Origin: Candidatus Bathyarchaeota archaeon
Lineage (GTDB): Archaea > Thermoproteota > Bathyarchaeia > Bathyarchaeales > Bathycorpusculaceae
Direction of reading: 5' to 3'
NCBI GenBank assembly: GCA_963777155.1
Contig: CAVZPM010000032.1
Location: 14,649 to 78,648, forward strand
Length of the DNA: 64,000 nt
The notes beneath the pieces were generated by a model, which worked only from the letters and a program-made list of their open reading frames with translations, was not told where the DNA came from and did not search any database. Both the position numbers and the translations under genes were made by a program. How positions within the stretch are numbered: the first letter of the stretch is position 1; the number at the start of each line of letters is the position of its first letter. This document shows positions 63,364 through 64,000 of the stretch, in pieces.

Positions 63364-64000
63364 ATGTATTTGTTGGATAAGTCAGCTATTATTTTGGCGG
63401 GTGGTTCCTCTACTCGATTTAATACCGATAAGGGTGTTTTGGAGTTGGATGGCAAACCGCTTCTGAGCCATGTTATTGACGCGGTGGAGGGTCTTGTCGA
63501 GGAAATTATAGTTGTAACGAATACTCAAGCCCGTGCAGACACTTATGCGAAACTGGTTTCTGAGGAAGTCAGGTTTGCCGTTGACATCCGAGAATCCAAG
63601 GGTCCTTTGGTTGGAGCTTTAACCGGGTTTGAAGAAGCAAATGGCGAGTACTCGGTGCTTCTACCGTTTGATAGCCCCTTTGTTTCGAAAGAGGTTTTGT
63701 CCTTGCTCTTTGACTGTTGTATTGGGAAAGCAGCGGCTGTTCCAAGATGGACAAATCAGGATATCGAACCTTTACATGCTGTGTATAATACTAAGCAGGC
63801 ATTGGTAGCTACTGAAGAGGCATTGGCAGAAAATGAAGTGGACATGCATGCAGTGGTTGAAAGGCTACGTGGAGTTCGCTATATTTCAACAATGGTCATT
63901 GAGCAATTAGATCCAGATTTTAAAACGTTCTTTAACATAAATTCGCCCTTAGACCTAAAAAAAGCGGCAGTAATGGGAAAACCAAGAAAAACATCCAAAG
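63364..64000 (+). CDS. mobA: Molybdenum cofactor guanylyltransferase (runs off window end)
   Basis: ILAGGSSTRFNTDK, GPLVG, DSPF, EPLHAVY and FFNINSPLDL motifs. Confidence 0.9.
   Translation, partial: MYLLDKSAIILAGGSSTRFNTDKGVLELDGKPLLSHVIDAVEGLVEEIIVVTNTQARADTYAKLVSEEVRFAVDIRESKGPLVGALTGFEEANGEYSVLLPFDSPFVSKEVLSLLFDCCIGKAAAVPRWTNQDIEPLHAVYNTKQALVATEEALAENEVDMHAVVERLRGVRYISTMVIEQLDPDFKTFFNINSPLDLKKAAVMGKPRKTSK

Overview
Archaeal chromosomal window, most consistent with Candidatus Bathyarchaeia (TBP, TFS, pelota, Cren7-like protein, ESCRT-III/CdvB, archaeal RNase P RNA, tRNA with a bulge-helix-bulge (BHB) intron); the taxon is inferred from gene content. It carries a methanofuran biosynthesis operon (mfnB-A-D-F-E) with a divergent HisA-like gene, an accessory region (~13.4-28.3 kb) of small, secreted and regulatory genes ending at rnpB, housekeeping genes, a membrane pyrophosphatase, proBA, a complex-I-like group 4 [NiFe]-hydrogenase operon, an ABC importer, two different tRNA-Gly(GCC) genes and a wHTH/ParA-MinD cluster. 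Many conserved genes are split by single-base indels, which look like sequencing error rather than pseudogenisation, so they are reported as joined genes. The most unusual signals are non-coding: two tandem box C/D-type RNAs with AT-rich, apparently orphan guides (11.1-11.3 kb), a copy of the rnpB 3' end inside a 15-bp inverted repeat (att-like, 25.65 kb), a riboswitch-like leader on an orphan nuoI paralog (32.1 kb), and a dispersed A/C-rich repeat family. All calls come from reading the sequence by eye; no searches were run.
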